Source of the DNA: the human T2T-CHM13v2.0 reference genome, Homo sapiens
DNA length: 64,000 bases
NCBI RefSeq assembly: GCF_009914755.1
Contig: NC_060931.1
Reading direction: 5' to 3' (one strand)
Positions 27,300-39,600 of the stretch are shown in pieces. Position 1 is the first letter of the stretch, and each line of letters opens with the position of its first letter. Made by a program: the position numbers and the translations under genes. Under the pieces are notes generated by a model, which ran no database searches, was not told where the DNA came from, and was given only the letters and a program-made list of their open reading frames with translations.

Positions 27300-28400
27300 T
27301 CCTATTTTTCTCTTTGGGATTTGGCGTCCTGGGTCTCACTCCAAAGCTCCACCCTCTCCAACCAAGAAGTCGCGTGCTTGGTATCCAAGGTGACCACGCA
27401 GCTTTACCCGCGTTGCCCCTTCCGTGCTTCCCATTGGCCAGTGGACTCCCATGTACCGCCCCTCCAATAGCCAATGGTCTTGAGACAAAGGGCGCCCGCC
27501 TTTCCAGCGATTCTAACACCTACCCTCTTACCCGTGCTCCCCTGCGCATTGCCTCCTGGGAAATGTGGTTTCTAAGAGGCAGAGCTCTGCGACTTAGAAC
27601 TACCTATCCCGTCGGCCTTAGCGAAAGGGGGTGGACTTAGGCAAGGGGTCCAGGTCAGAGTTTAGAGCTTTCAAATCCCAACTTGCCCCTGGGGATTGCG
27701 CGGCTGATGTTTAGAACGCCTAGTCAAGCCAACCGGCTCGCTCTTGTTTCAGCAAACCCTGACTTACGTCTCCTATTTGACTTGAGGCGGCACAGTGGCC
27801 AAGTCGATTGGCCGTGGCAAGTGACCCTCCCTGTGGCTGAAGTGTTCTGAGGACTGGCGAGAGAGGCGCGCCATGCTTGCCCCCTGCTCAGGTTGGGAGC
27901 TTGGCTGCTTCCGTCTCTGTCTCCGTCAGGTCCGACTGTGGGCTGGCGCTGGGCGCTGGGCTTGCTGGGCTTGCCAAGCCAGGCCGTACAGCTCAGGTGG
28001 GAGCGAGCGCTGGCCCGGATCGGAGACTGAGGTCCCTCCGCCTGGCCCGGCGCGCCGAACTCTGAAGGAGTGGACACTGCAGGTGAGCCCGTTTGGTCGG
28101 CTGCGGGCGCGGCTCCCGTGCCACCTGGCCGTGAGGCCCCTGGACCCCCTCACCTACCCGGATGGCGACCGCGTGCTGGTCGCGGTGTGCGGCGTGGAGG
28201 GCGGCGTGCGGGGCCTGGACGGCCTGCAGGTGAAGTACGACGAGGATCTGGAGGAGATGGCCATTGTGTCTGATACTATCCACCCCCAGGCGTCCGTGGA
28301 GGTGAACGCGCCCCTGAAGTTTGGCAAGTGAAGTGAAGTGAAAACGGGTTTGGGTCCCAGGGAACGCACAGTGAACTTAATAAATGTGGTCGACGTGCAC
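27300..28400. promoter_or_regulatory. CpG-island promoter of FAM185A, likely bidirectional
   Basis: Sharp rise in GC and CpG against AT-rich flanks. CCAAT boxes in both orientations (about 27432, 27464, 27471, 27806). Two opposed ZNF143/SBS-like motifs at 27546-27570 and 27598-27618. No obvious TATA box. Confidence 0.85.
27873..28323 (+). CDS. FAM185A: FAM185A coding exon 1 (aa 1-150, includes presequence-like N-terminus)
   Basis: ATG at 27873 (cgccATGc) inside a CpG island. Translation MLAPCSGWELGCFRLCLRQVRLWAG...VNAPLKF matches my recollection of FAM185A. Ends TTG|GCAAGT (GC donor), phase 1, in frame with exon 2. The near-identical paralog FAM185BP cannot be fully excluded, but no lesion is seen in six exons. 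Confidence 0.9.
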
Positions 28401-29097
28401 TTTTAATTGGTCCTGGCTCTCTAAACCTAATTTACAGTTGGCCCCTTCGGAAATGCACCTTTTCCTCTGTTCTGTTCTTGAGTATCCGAGTAGTATTTAA
28501 AAATTAGGTTCCCAATTATAGAAATTTTATACATCGAATGGAAACATGATTTGGTATAATCCAGGTCAAATTCTATTTCTGGAGCCGCTTGTGTTCTCCT
28601 TTATCCCGTTGTCATTAGCAAACTGGCTTATTTTTCAAGGTTGAAGTTTCTTGACAATTCATTCAATGGTATGGCAGTCCATCTACATTTCATCTTGCTC
28701 ACAGCCTGGGGGTCTGTCCCAAAACAGCCCTGTCAATAGGATGTTCCGGGTATCACCTGGTTTGAGTATTTGGTTTTAGACGGGCGCCCAGCTTCTTACT
28801 GTTATATTTCCATTCTTTTTGGCCTAAGTTTTCCATGAGTAGCAAGCTTTGAAGAAAAACACATGGTAAGCCTGCCTAGGAAGCTTCAATAATAATGCCT
28901 GCAAGATACCTTTCTTAGCTTTTCCTAAATGGCAAGCCACTGTGTACACACACTTTTCTAGGAAGGGCTCCCCAGACTGTCATTCTTCCTGGGACTGATG
29001 GAAGATATTGATGATGATGATGATAGTAATAATAATAGCATTTAGCATTTTTAAGATCATCTTTTATAATGCTTAGAGTTGCCCAAATAGTAGATGC

Positions 29098-29372
29098 CGT
29101 AGTCCTCCCTTATCCACCGTTTGGCTGTCTCAGTTTGTTACCTGCCTCAGCTGTTGTAGGAAAATATTAAGATATTTTGACAGATCACAGTAATATAACT
29201 TTTATTACAGTATATTGTTATAATTGCTGTATTTGTTATTATTGTTCATCTCTTACTATGCCTAGTTTATAAATTAAACTTGATCATTGATATGTATACA
29301 GGAAAAAACATAGAATATATAGGATTTGGTACTATTTGTGGTTTCAGGAATCAAGTGGGGGGGCGGGTCTTG
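29098..29372 (+). mobile_element. MER44A-like MITE in intron 1
   Basis: GTAGTCCTCCCTTATCCAC start; ggtactatttgtggtttcagg internal motif. Confidence 0.65.
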
Positions 29373-30356
29373 CCTACTTTAAGAGAAATCATCAATATTT
29401 ATGTTAATTCCAAATTAAATATCAGCGTTTTTAATTTTTAAAATTTGTATACAGAGATGCCTGCAGTTACATCTTAAATAGACAGCCAAGGATGGCATTT
29501 GTAATTCCTTATTTTCCAAACTTGCTTCATATACCACTGCCATTTGTCCACAATCTTGTGGGGTTTTTTGTTTGTTTGTTTTGGTTTTTTTTGAGACTGC
29601 ATCTCACTCACTCTGCCACGCAGGCTGGAGTACAGGTGCACAATCATGGCCCACTGCAGTCTTGACTTCACGGTTTTAAGCAATCTTCTCGCCTCCACCT
29701 CCTGAGTAGCTGGGACTACAGGTGCATGCTACCATGCCCGGCTAATGTTTTTGTTTTTTTGTAGAAATGGAGTTTTGCTACATTGTCCAGGCTGGTCTTG
29801 AACTCCTGGGCTTCAAGCAATCCTCCTTCCTCGGCCTCCCAAAGTGCTGGTATTACAGGCATGAGCCACTGCTCATGGCCTAATCTTGTAGTTTTAATAG
29901 TATATATTAGCTTTTTCAAAGTTGTTCCCATTTTTAAAAAATTACTTCAAATACCTGTGATATAGTTGCATGGTAATATTTTCATTTTTTAAGTATGAAA
30001 GGTTAGACATAGGATTTGAAAACCTAAGTCATGATCATATATACTGGGGAAGAGGCTTCTACAGTCTTTCACAGGAGTACTTAACAGAATCGTAGTCTCC
30101 TTTACTTCCCATCTATGTTAGTTCTCTTTAGGTGATTTAGGCCAGTAGAAATAACTGCTCTGTTTCTAAAAACGGGCAGAAAGGCTATTGTATTTGGTCC
30201 CGTTGCTGTGGTAGAAGACCCCTTACCTTTACAGTATGCACTTTCCAGGATTCAGCAATATTACGGACATAACTGAGGAGTTGGGTTTCTAGGTTAAAAT
30301 GCTTTGGAGCTTATAAACTGCAGTACTAACTTGCTTTTTTCTTTTTTTACTTCTAG

Positions 30357-30466
30357 GTTTAGATATCAAGTCATCAGGGTCTGGCTGTGTAAAAGTTCAA
30401 AGTATTGAGGGTGATAATTGCAAAATTGAAACAGAGCATGGGACTAGTATCTTGCAGTCTGTTAAG
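30357..30466 (+). CDS. FAM185A: FAM185A coding exon 2 (GLDIKSSGSGCVKVQSIEGDNCKIETEHGTSILQSVK)
   Basis: TACTAAC branch point at 30324-30330, long pyrimidine tract, ctag| acceptor, AAG|gtatag donor; 110 nt, phase 1 to 0, open. Confidence 0.92.
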
Positions 30467-30957
30467 GTATAGCATTTTTCTAATTTTATTTCACTATTAT
30501 TTTTTTAAAAGCCTTAAGCTATGAATCGTACTATCAAACTCAAGAGATTCTTCTGTTTTTCAGAACATTGTCATTTATTCATCTCTCAGAAAGTCCTTGG
30601 CAAACATTTTGCCTTGAAATCAGTTCTAGTAAAGTACAGAGGTTATAGCAGTTTTGAGGTTTTGCCTCAAATTTCTTTTGGATTTAATTTCAAAGTGTAC
30701 AGTGAAACTAATAGTATTTTCCTAGTATTCTGAAATCTTACTAAAGAAATTTTAGTTTCCACAAATGATTTTCTTCCATTTTATTAAAGAGTAAGGAAGA
30801 ATCTTTATGCACTATAAATGTGCTTAAATATTAGATGACTTTAATCACATTTTTAATGTACCAGGTAGCTCATTACTTAAGGATTAAGTAGTTATTTGTG
30901 CAAAGTAACATATGATTCATCTTGTTTTGTAATTAAAATTTTTTTTTTTTTTTTTGA

Positions 30958-31215
<258 letters not shown>

Positions 31216-32085
31216 TGAGCCACTGCGTCCGGCTGTAATTAATTTTTTTTTTTTTTTTTAGTGTTTTCTTTGTAGAGACAGGGTCTCACTGTATTGCCCA
31301 GGCTGGTCTTGCACTCATGGGCTCAAGTGATCCTCCTGCCTTGGGCTCATGAAGTGCTGGGATTACAGGTGTGAGTCACCATGACTGACCTATATTTAAT
31401 TTTTTAAAGATTAGACTGGTGTTAGCTGTAAATAGTTTGAAATACCTCTCTGATAGGTGCTAGCTTATCGTTACTCTTAGTGCTTCTTGCATTTGCATAG
31501 TCAAAACTTGATACTTTTGTGAACTTTGAAAGCATGCAATTTTGTTGAAGTCAGTCATCTTTGCTTCATAATTGCAAAATATTTTCATTTTTAGATTTCT
31601 AAACACTAGTTAGAATAATTTGATGCATTTTTAATTTTTACATATTTTTTCTTTCATCCACCTTTATTTGCGTATCTGCCATCAGCATGTGTCCACATAT
31701 GAATCAGTTCAAATAAATTTTTGGCACAAATATCATAAAAGATTAACATTACCATCACAAGTCCTTTTAGCAAAATAAGTTGGTTCAGATTCTTGTTGTA
31801 AAAGATTGTGTAATAAGGTCTTCATGTTGAATGACTAGGTGAGGATATCATAATTCTTTTTTGTCCTTAGAAATATTTTGTTCAGTCATTGATACTTAAG
31901 TTTCAGAAAACTAATCTAGACTTGTCCTCTGAAGACTCAAGAGTTTGAGATTTCCAATTTCACAATCAAAATTAGAATCTAGTATACTGCTGTCTCTGCA
32001 TTTATGTTTTGATTAATCTGATAGTTCTGAAAGATCTTTCTCTGTTGATTTTCTTCTTTTATGCCATTGTAGGCATAAAATTAAA

Positions 32086-32297
32086 AGTGGTTTCTTAGCC
32101 TTGGCAATACAAACCTTTTCAGTCAGGTGATTTGTTGTGGGGGCCTGTCTTGTGCAGTATAGGATATTTAGCACCATCTTTGGCCTCTACCTTTTAGATG
32201 CCAGTAGCATGCTCCTCAGTTGTGACAAGGGAAAATGTCTCCAGACATTGCCAAATATCTTCTAGAGACAAAATCATCTCCAGTTGAGAACGATTGC
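32086..32297. mobile_element. MER20 (hAT-Charlie)
   Basis: agtggtttcttagccttggc...aatgtctccagacattgccaaat...cagttgagaacgattg. Confidence 0.85.
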
Positions 32298-32849
32298 TTT
32301 ATGCAAGTCCATCATTCTTCTGTTTTCTTATTTAGTTTTTTTAAAAAACATAGTTGGGAATAATTTATGAATAATGATGAAATAACTCCTAGGATGATGA
32401 ATTAGCAAAAAAAAAAAAATTAAAAATAAGAACACTATTATCCCATAATGTATTTCAGGTTTATAAAAGTCCAATGGACCAATTAATGGTAATTACAGGA
32501 TAGAAAGAGTTTTGTTCTATTTTTTTAAAAGTAAGTACATTTTCTATTTATTCCTTGAAAGACCTCCCAAGAAATAACAGAAATCATGAAATATCAGTTC
32601 TTACAAATAAAATAGCTCAAAACAAGAAATTCATGAAAAATTACGCCTGTGGATACTAATGGTATACCAAGGGTTAAGAGAATTATCCTTGAGATCATAG
32701 GATTTAACTAACTTCAATTCACAAATGAGAACACTTTGGTAAAATATCTGGTTTAAGTTTTAAGTATCGTACAATAATATCATTACCTTGAATTAGTGGT
32801 CACCTGTTGATATGTGTCTCTTTCATTAACTTAAGGACTTGAAATATAG

Positions 32850-33221
<372 letters not shown>

Positions 33222-33794
33222 TAAACCTTCATTTAATCCTTGAATTTTCTCCATTTTATCAAGGAAGAAGCTAGAAGGCACCAAGAGATTGAGGAACTCA
33301 CTTGTGTTCACATAGCTAAAAAAAATTGAGCTGGGATTTGACCTTGGGTCTTTCTGATTTCCAAGCTCATGCTTTTTCCACCTTTATTTATTGTCCTGAC
33401 AAAACATATGGTAAGACCACATTTGTACAGCATCCTTAGGGAATAAGATAAGTGCATTTTTTAGGCAACAGACCCTTAACTAATTGAATGTCACACATTT
33501 GCATTTTTTAAATGCAGTATAATTTATTTTCTAAATAATTTCTGATTTATTTAAACATTTAACTATTTGGTTTTATGTTTTTAAAAATTCTATAATCAAC
33601 TTCACATTTTTTGGGGAATTAGATGAGCTTTAAATTATAACAGTAGCTCTTACTATTTTTGAACCTTAGACCTCTTAGAAAATCTAATTGTCTCCTTAAG
33701 AAGAAAAAAATGCATGTCTATGAAATTTTACTTATAATTTTGTAAGTTCATGTGAGCTTGGTTAAGAGTTCTTGACTTAAAACAACAAGTGTGC

Positions 33795-34666
33795 GCCTCC
33801 CGTCGCCCAAGATGCCGAAAGGAAAGGAGGCCAAGGGGAAGAAGTTGGCTCTGGCCCCTGCTTTTGTGAAGAAGCAGGAGGCCAAGAAAGTGGTGAATCC
33901 CCTGTTTGAGAAAAGGCCTAAGAATTTTGGCATTGGACAGGACATCCAGCCCAAAAGAGACCTCACCTGCTTTGTGAAATGGCCCCGCTATATCAGGTTG
34001 CAATGGCAGAGATCCATACTCTATAAGCAGCTGAAAGTGCCTCCTGCGATTAACCAGTTCACCCAGGCCCTGGAAGGCCAAACAGCTACTCAGCTGCTTA
34101 AGCTGGCCCACAAATACAGACCAGAGACAAAGCAAGAGAAGAAGCGGAGGCTGTTGGCCCAGGCAGAGTTGTGGGCAAAGGGGACCTCCCCATTAAGAGA
34201 CCACCTGTCTTTCGAGCAGGAGTTAACACCATCACCACCTTTGTGGATAACAAGAAAGCTCCGCTGGTGGTGACTGCACACGACATGGATCCCATTGAGC
34301 TGACTGTTTTCCTGCCTGTCCTGTGTCATAAAATGGGAGCCACTTGCTGCATTATCAAGGGGAAGGCAAGACTGGGATGTCTAGTTCACAGGAAGACCTA
34401 CACCACTGTCGACTTCACACAGGTTAACTCAGAAGACAAAGGAGCTTTGGCTAAGCTGATGGAAGCTATCGGGACCAATTACAATGCCAGATACGATGAG
34501 ACCCACTGTCACTGGGACGGCAATGTCCTGGGTCCCAAGTCTGTGGCTCACATTGCCAAGCTCGAAAAGGCAAAGGCTAAAGAACTTGCCACTAAACTGG
34601 GTTAAATGTACACTGTTGTGTTTTCTGTACATAAAAATAATTAAAATAATTAAAAAATAAAAAAAA
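33795..34666 (+). pseudogene. Processed pseudogene of ribosomal protein L7a (RPL7A) in FAM185A intron 2
   Basis: Intronless [11 protein letters not shown]...[11 protein letters not shown] from ATG 33812 to TAA 34605, with a 5'UTR remnant (cccgtcgcccaagATG), a frameshifting deletion near 34165 and an A-rich tail to about 34666. Confidence 0.95.
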
Positions 34667-35041
34667 GTGCTTTGTGGATAGTCTTTTCAAAGGTTTATCA
34701 CATATTTGATAAGGAGTATATTAAATATAATTTGACTTCAGACTCATGTATCTGGGCATAACGTAGTTAACCATGCTATAGTACAGATTTTTTTTCTTTA
34801 AGAGACAGGGTCTTGATGTGTTGCCCACGCCGGAGTGCAGTAGCACGATCCTAGCTCACTGAATCCTCAAACATCTGGGCTCAAGTGATCCATATCTCTT
34901 TATGTAACAAAACTAAAGACGTATATAATGATTAAGGGAAAACATCTGGGCTCAAGTGATCCATATCTCTTTATGTAATAAAACTAAAGACATATATAAT
35001 GATTAAGGGAAAATAAACTACTCTAAAAAAAAATCAGACTA

Positions 35042-35354
<313 letters not shown>

Positions 35355-36519
35355 CTAATGGCTCATATATAATATGAGTTTATTTCTTACTTGTGTCCAG
35401 GTGTATGGGTGGGTCTTTTTCATTCAGTGATTCTAGGTTCCTTCCGTCTTCCGGCTCTGCCATCTTTTAGAGCCTTGTTATATTCTGGACCCACTTGGTG
35501 GAATGAGAAGAGCACAGAGAAGGCACACTTGTTCTAAAAGCACCAACCTGGAAATGGCATATAGCATTTCCACTTACGTTATGTTGGTAACAACTTAACA
35601 ACACCTAAGAGGTAAAGGAAGCTGGAAAATGTGGTCTTGCCATGGGTCAAGCTATACTGCTTTTACTTTGGAAAAAAATGGATTTTGATGAGCCAATAGT
35701 AGTGTTTGCCATAGTTCTCAAGTCCAAAATCAAGTCACTCACACACACACACATACACATACTTTTGTTTTCTGTCTTGCAGAATAGGCTAACTGGCTTG
35801 TGACTGCTGTTTTGTGCTCGGAGGCATTTTTACTTAGTTTCTGGGATGTGTTGTGCTAGAAGGTTTAAGTGGGCTGTTAACCTAATGTGTATTCTGTCCT
35901 TCAGACCGGTCCAGCGTTAAGAGTGTGGGCTTTGGAATCATACAGAACTTGATTCTAATTGTTACTTTAGATTTTGGGTTTTTTTCTGTGTCACCCTGAT
36001 AAAGTGATTTACCTTTCTGAATCTTGGCATTCTTCCTCTGTAAAATGGGAAAAATGTAATACTTATCTCTCTGGTTTGTCGTGAGGATTAAATGATAGTT
36101 CATGTGAAGTAGCTAACATGGTATCTGGTGCAGAGAAAATGCCAAATAAGTGATAACTATTATTGTTATTAATGATGAATAGTAACTGATTATTATTGTC
36201 ATCTTCATCACTGTGGATATTTAGTTAGCTGGTCACAGTGATTTTTGATTCCCAAGTCCTTCATCAGTGAAGCTACCAGAATACCCAAGTATCTCTTGTT
36301 TTTCCCTTAGAGTCCAAGTGGCTTATTTAATCCCTTTAACAGCAGTTGACATTTTTTTCCAGTTGATGTCATTATTCGAAGCAGTGAGTTTCTATTTCAT
36401 TCCTTATTGTTCTTTTGTTGCTTTGTCAGTATTAATACAGAAATATTGAAAATGTTTCACTAGTATAAGTCACACTTACTCTCTTTTTCACTATATGTAT
36501 TTTTAAATTTGTCTTTCAG

Positions 36520-36612
36520 GGTCAAAAATTGCATGTTCAAACAAAAGGAGGCAAAGTGATCTGTCTGGGAACAGTTTATGGAAATATAGATATTCATGCA
36601 TCAGATAAAAGT
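36520..36612 (+). CDS. FAM185A: FAM185A coding exon 3 (GQKLHVQTKGGKVICLGTVYGNIDIHASDKS)
   Basis: tttgtctttcag| acceptor, AGT|gtaaga donor; 93 nt, phase 0-0, open. Confidence 0.92.
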
Positions 36613-39600
36613 GTAAGATTGAAACTTTCTTTTTTTTTTTAGTAATTGCAACTTTGCTTCCATTTGGCTCACCAAGTTGGTAGGTTCTACAAAGTTCGTA
36701 GCATAACATTCCCTTTTTAATGCATTTTAGTTCATAAGTAAATTCAAATTTGAAATTGAAGTGATGAAATAATATACAACTTAAGTTTTAGTTTGTGGTT
36801 TAATACTTTTGACAGTTACTTAGTTCCTAGTCTGGAATCAATAAAAACTTAAATGCTTACTATTTAACTCTAGTTCTGAAAAGATTTTTATTTTTATCAT
36901 CATAGATTAAAATAGATGATTAAGTAATATCACCAGTAACTGGATTGGATTTTTCTTGTGTTAGGTTTATTTGAGTATTTTCTAAGACCTTTTTACTTCG
37001 CCCTTAGGCAAATTGAAGGATGTTTAAAAACTCAGCTTTCTTCAGTATTTTCCACAAGGTGGCACCATTAGATAGCTTTACTGCTCTCACAGCTTTTTTT
37101 TTTTTTTTTTTTTTTATAGTAGCTATTGGGATTTTTGTTGTTATAGGAAGATAGTTGGTATTTTTTAATCAACTCCTTTTGTAGCTTTTGGTTATTTAGC
37201 ATAGTATTAAGAGTAAAGGTATAATTTTGGAATTATAAATTGTCATTTAAAAAATGTGATTGATAATGTATCTTTGAGAAAAAGTTTCCTTTTATTTTAC
37301 ACTTATACAATTTGCAAGAGCTTTTTTGTTTCTTATAAATTTGCTAAATTCCATAGTCAGCTTTATTTTCAGATAATTGGTGGGGAGGAGTTGCAAGCAT
37401 ATTTTGTATGTAGATTATTGTTGGCATAATTAAACAAGATAGACTATAACAGTAATTGTTTCTGTTGTTTTATCTTCCATCACCTTCCTACAAATTTGCT
37501 ATATTCCATGGTCACTTTATTTTCAGAGAGTTGGTGGGGAGGAGTTGTGAGCACATTTTATATGTAGATTATTGTTGGCATAATTAAACAAGGTAGGTTA
37601 TAACAGTAATTGTTTCTGTTGTTTTATCTTCCATCACCTTTCTCTTAGACCCCGTGGGAGGTTGTTTAAACCTAAACATTTAAAAATACTCTGTAAATTA
37701 TACTAGGAAAGTGTTGAAAGACACTGTGTGGCCTTATGCTGCAGCTTTTTTGAGATGGCATTTAGTTTTACTTTTTAGATTGCTGTGGTCTTGGAGGTGC
37801 AAGAGGGAAATTAGACAAATTTACAGCCCCTTCAAACTCAGTAAATGATGGCTAATGTTATTGAAATAAGTTACTAGAATATTGTAACATTTGCATTCAA
37901 ATATAAGTATCAAAGAATTTAATATCTTAATCATTTGCTACCTTGAATATCTTGGCCACTGTTTCCTCTCAGTTATTTATTTGTTCCAATGTTTATGGTT
38001 TATTGAATATTCATGTGTTTTACTTGCTATTATACAATTTTATTTCTTGATTGAGTTTTGTTATGTACTAAAGAATCAGTCTAGGGTTTTTTTCCTATTT
38101 TTATTACATATAGTATTGATTTTTAATGTATATTTCTAAGTTTGTAGTTTTTATAAAACAAAATAAATACTTGTGAAATCTATTAACTTTTAATACACAA
38201 CTTTCATAGAAATGTGATTTGGATATTTGAGAGACAAATATAGTGAATTAGTTAAGAGCACAGAATATATTCAGAGCCAAACTACCTGTGTTTGAATTCT
38301 GGCTCCACCATTCACTAAGCTCTATAACTGGACAAATTACTTAACCTCTGTGTGTCTCAATTTTTTGGAAAATTGGGTAATAGTAATAGAACAAACTAAA
38401 AAAATCCTCTATTAAGAGGATTAAATGAGTTAATACAGGTAAAATACTTAAAACAACGTCTGGCACATAGCTAAGTCTAATGTAATGCTTACCACGATGA
38501 TGATGATAAAGGTAAAGGAATCACAGGAAAGATAACTTGGACGGGTTCTAGACCTACCAGTTAGCTTCCCAGAGACTCAGTTTCATTATTCAGCAAACAG
38601 GATGGTGATATTTGCTTTGTCCACTTAACAAGGTTGTGAGAATCAAATGAGCACTATAAATAATAGCATCATTATTCTACATGACTGTTTTTAAATTGTG
38701 TTAATTTCAGTATCTAAGTTTAGTTTTATAACTTAGCAGAGAACACAGAAACCCATTTCGTCTATTTGGTGAATTGATGACATAGTTGTCAGTTTTCCTC
38801 TCAGTCTGGGCTATGAAGCCACAGTACTTCCTTAAAACTTGGCTTTCATTATTTGTAAGAACTATATATATGTATTTACATATATATTCATAATAACTAA
38901 GTGAAAAATTTTTCTTTTCATGTAGAAAAGAAAATTTATAGCAATACCTCTGTCAGGAAGATACTGATTTTTAAATCTACTTTTTGTTCTGTCATTAAAT
39001 AGTAAATTTAAATTCCTTCCATTTAGTTTGGTGGAAAGCTACTGCCTTATTAGATGTCAAGTGGAAAAGTTCTAGAAATAATAGTGTATTCACTAATTAA
39101 TGTACTAAAAGAGAAAAATCATGATAAATCAATAGAATCAGATAAAGTATGTGCTAAAATTCAAAACCTATTCATGATTTAAATAGCAAAAGCAATCAAA
39201 CAAAGTTGAAATAGAAGGGAATGTCCTTAATCTGATAAAAATTATTTTAAAAATATCTATAGCAAACATCATGCTTAATGGTGAAATGTTGTAAACTTTT
39301 CTTTTGAGAACAGGAATAAGACAAGGATGCCTGCTGTCCCATTGCTTCTGCTAGCTGCTATTCACTGTTGAATTGCGGGCCTGAGACAGATGGTTAAGGC
39401 AAGAAAAAGAAAGAAAAAGCAGGAAAAAAAGTATTAATATAAGGATTGGAAGGGAGGAAATGAAGCCATCACTTGTAGACAGTATAATAACACATATATA
39501 ATTTTTAAAAGTACAGATAAATTATTAGGATTAGTGACTTTAGTGAAGTTGTTGGATTAAGATCAAATACAAAGTCAATTAGGATAAAATGAAATTTTAA

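Noticed and set aside
28324-28331. Stand-alone 152-aa single-exon protein, as listed in the ORF track
   Set aside because: The final residue(s) and stop are intronic read-through past the GC donor; the frame continues in exon 2.
27724-28369. Antisense and alternate-frame ORFs over exon 1 (e.g. 117 aa on the minus strand)
   Set aside because: CpG-island shadow ORFs; the 117-aa ORF starts at GTG, not ATG, and has no recognisable homology.
33791-34605. Functional RPL7A retrogene
   Set aside because: Frameshifting deletion near 34165 and many substitutions at conserved residues.
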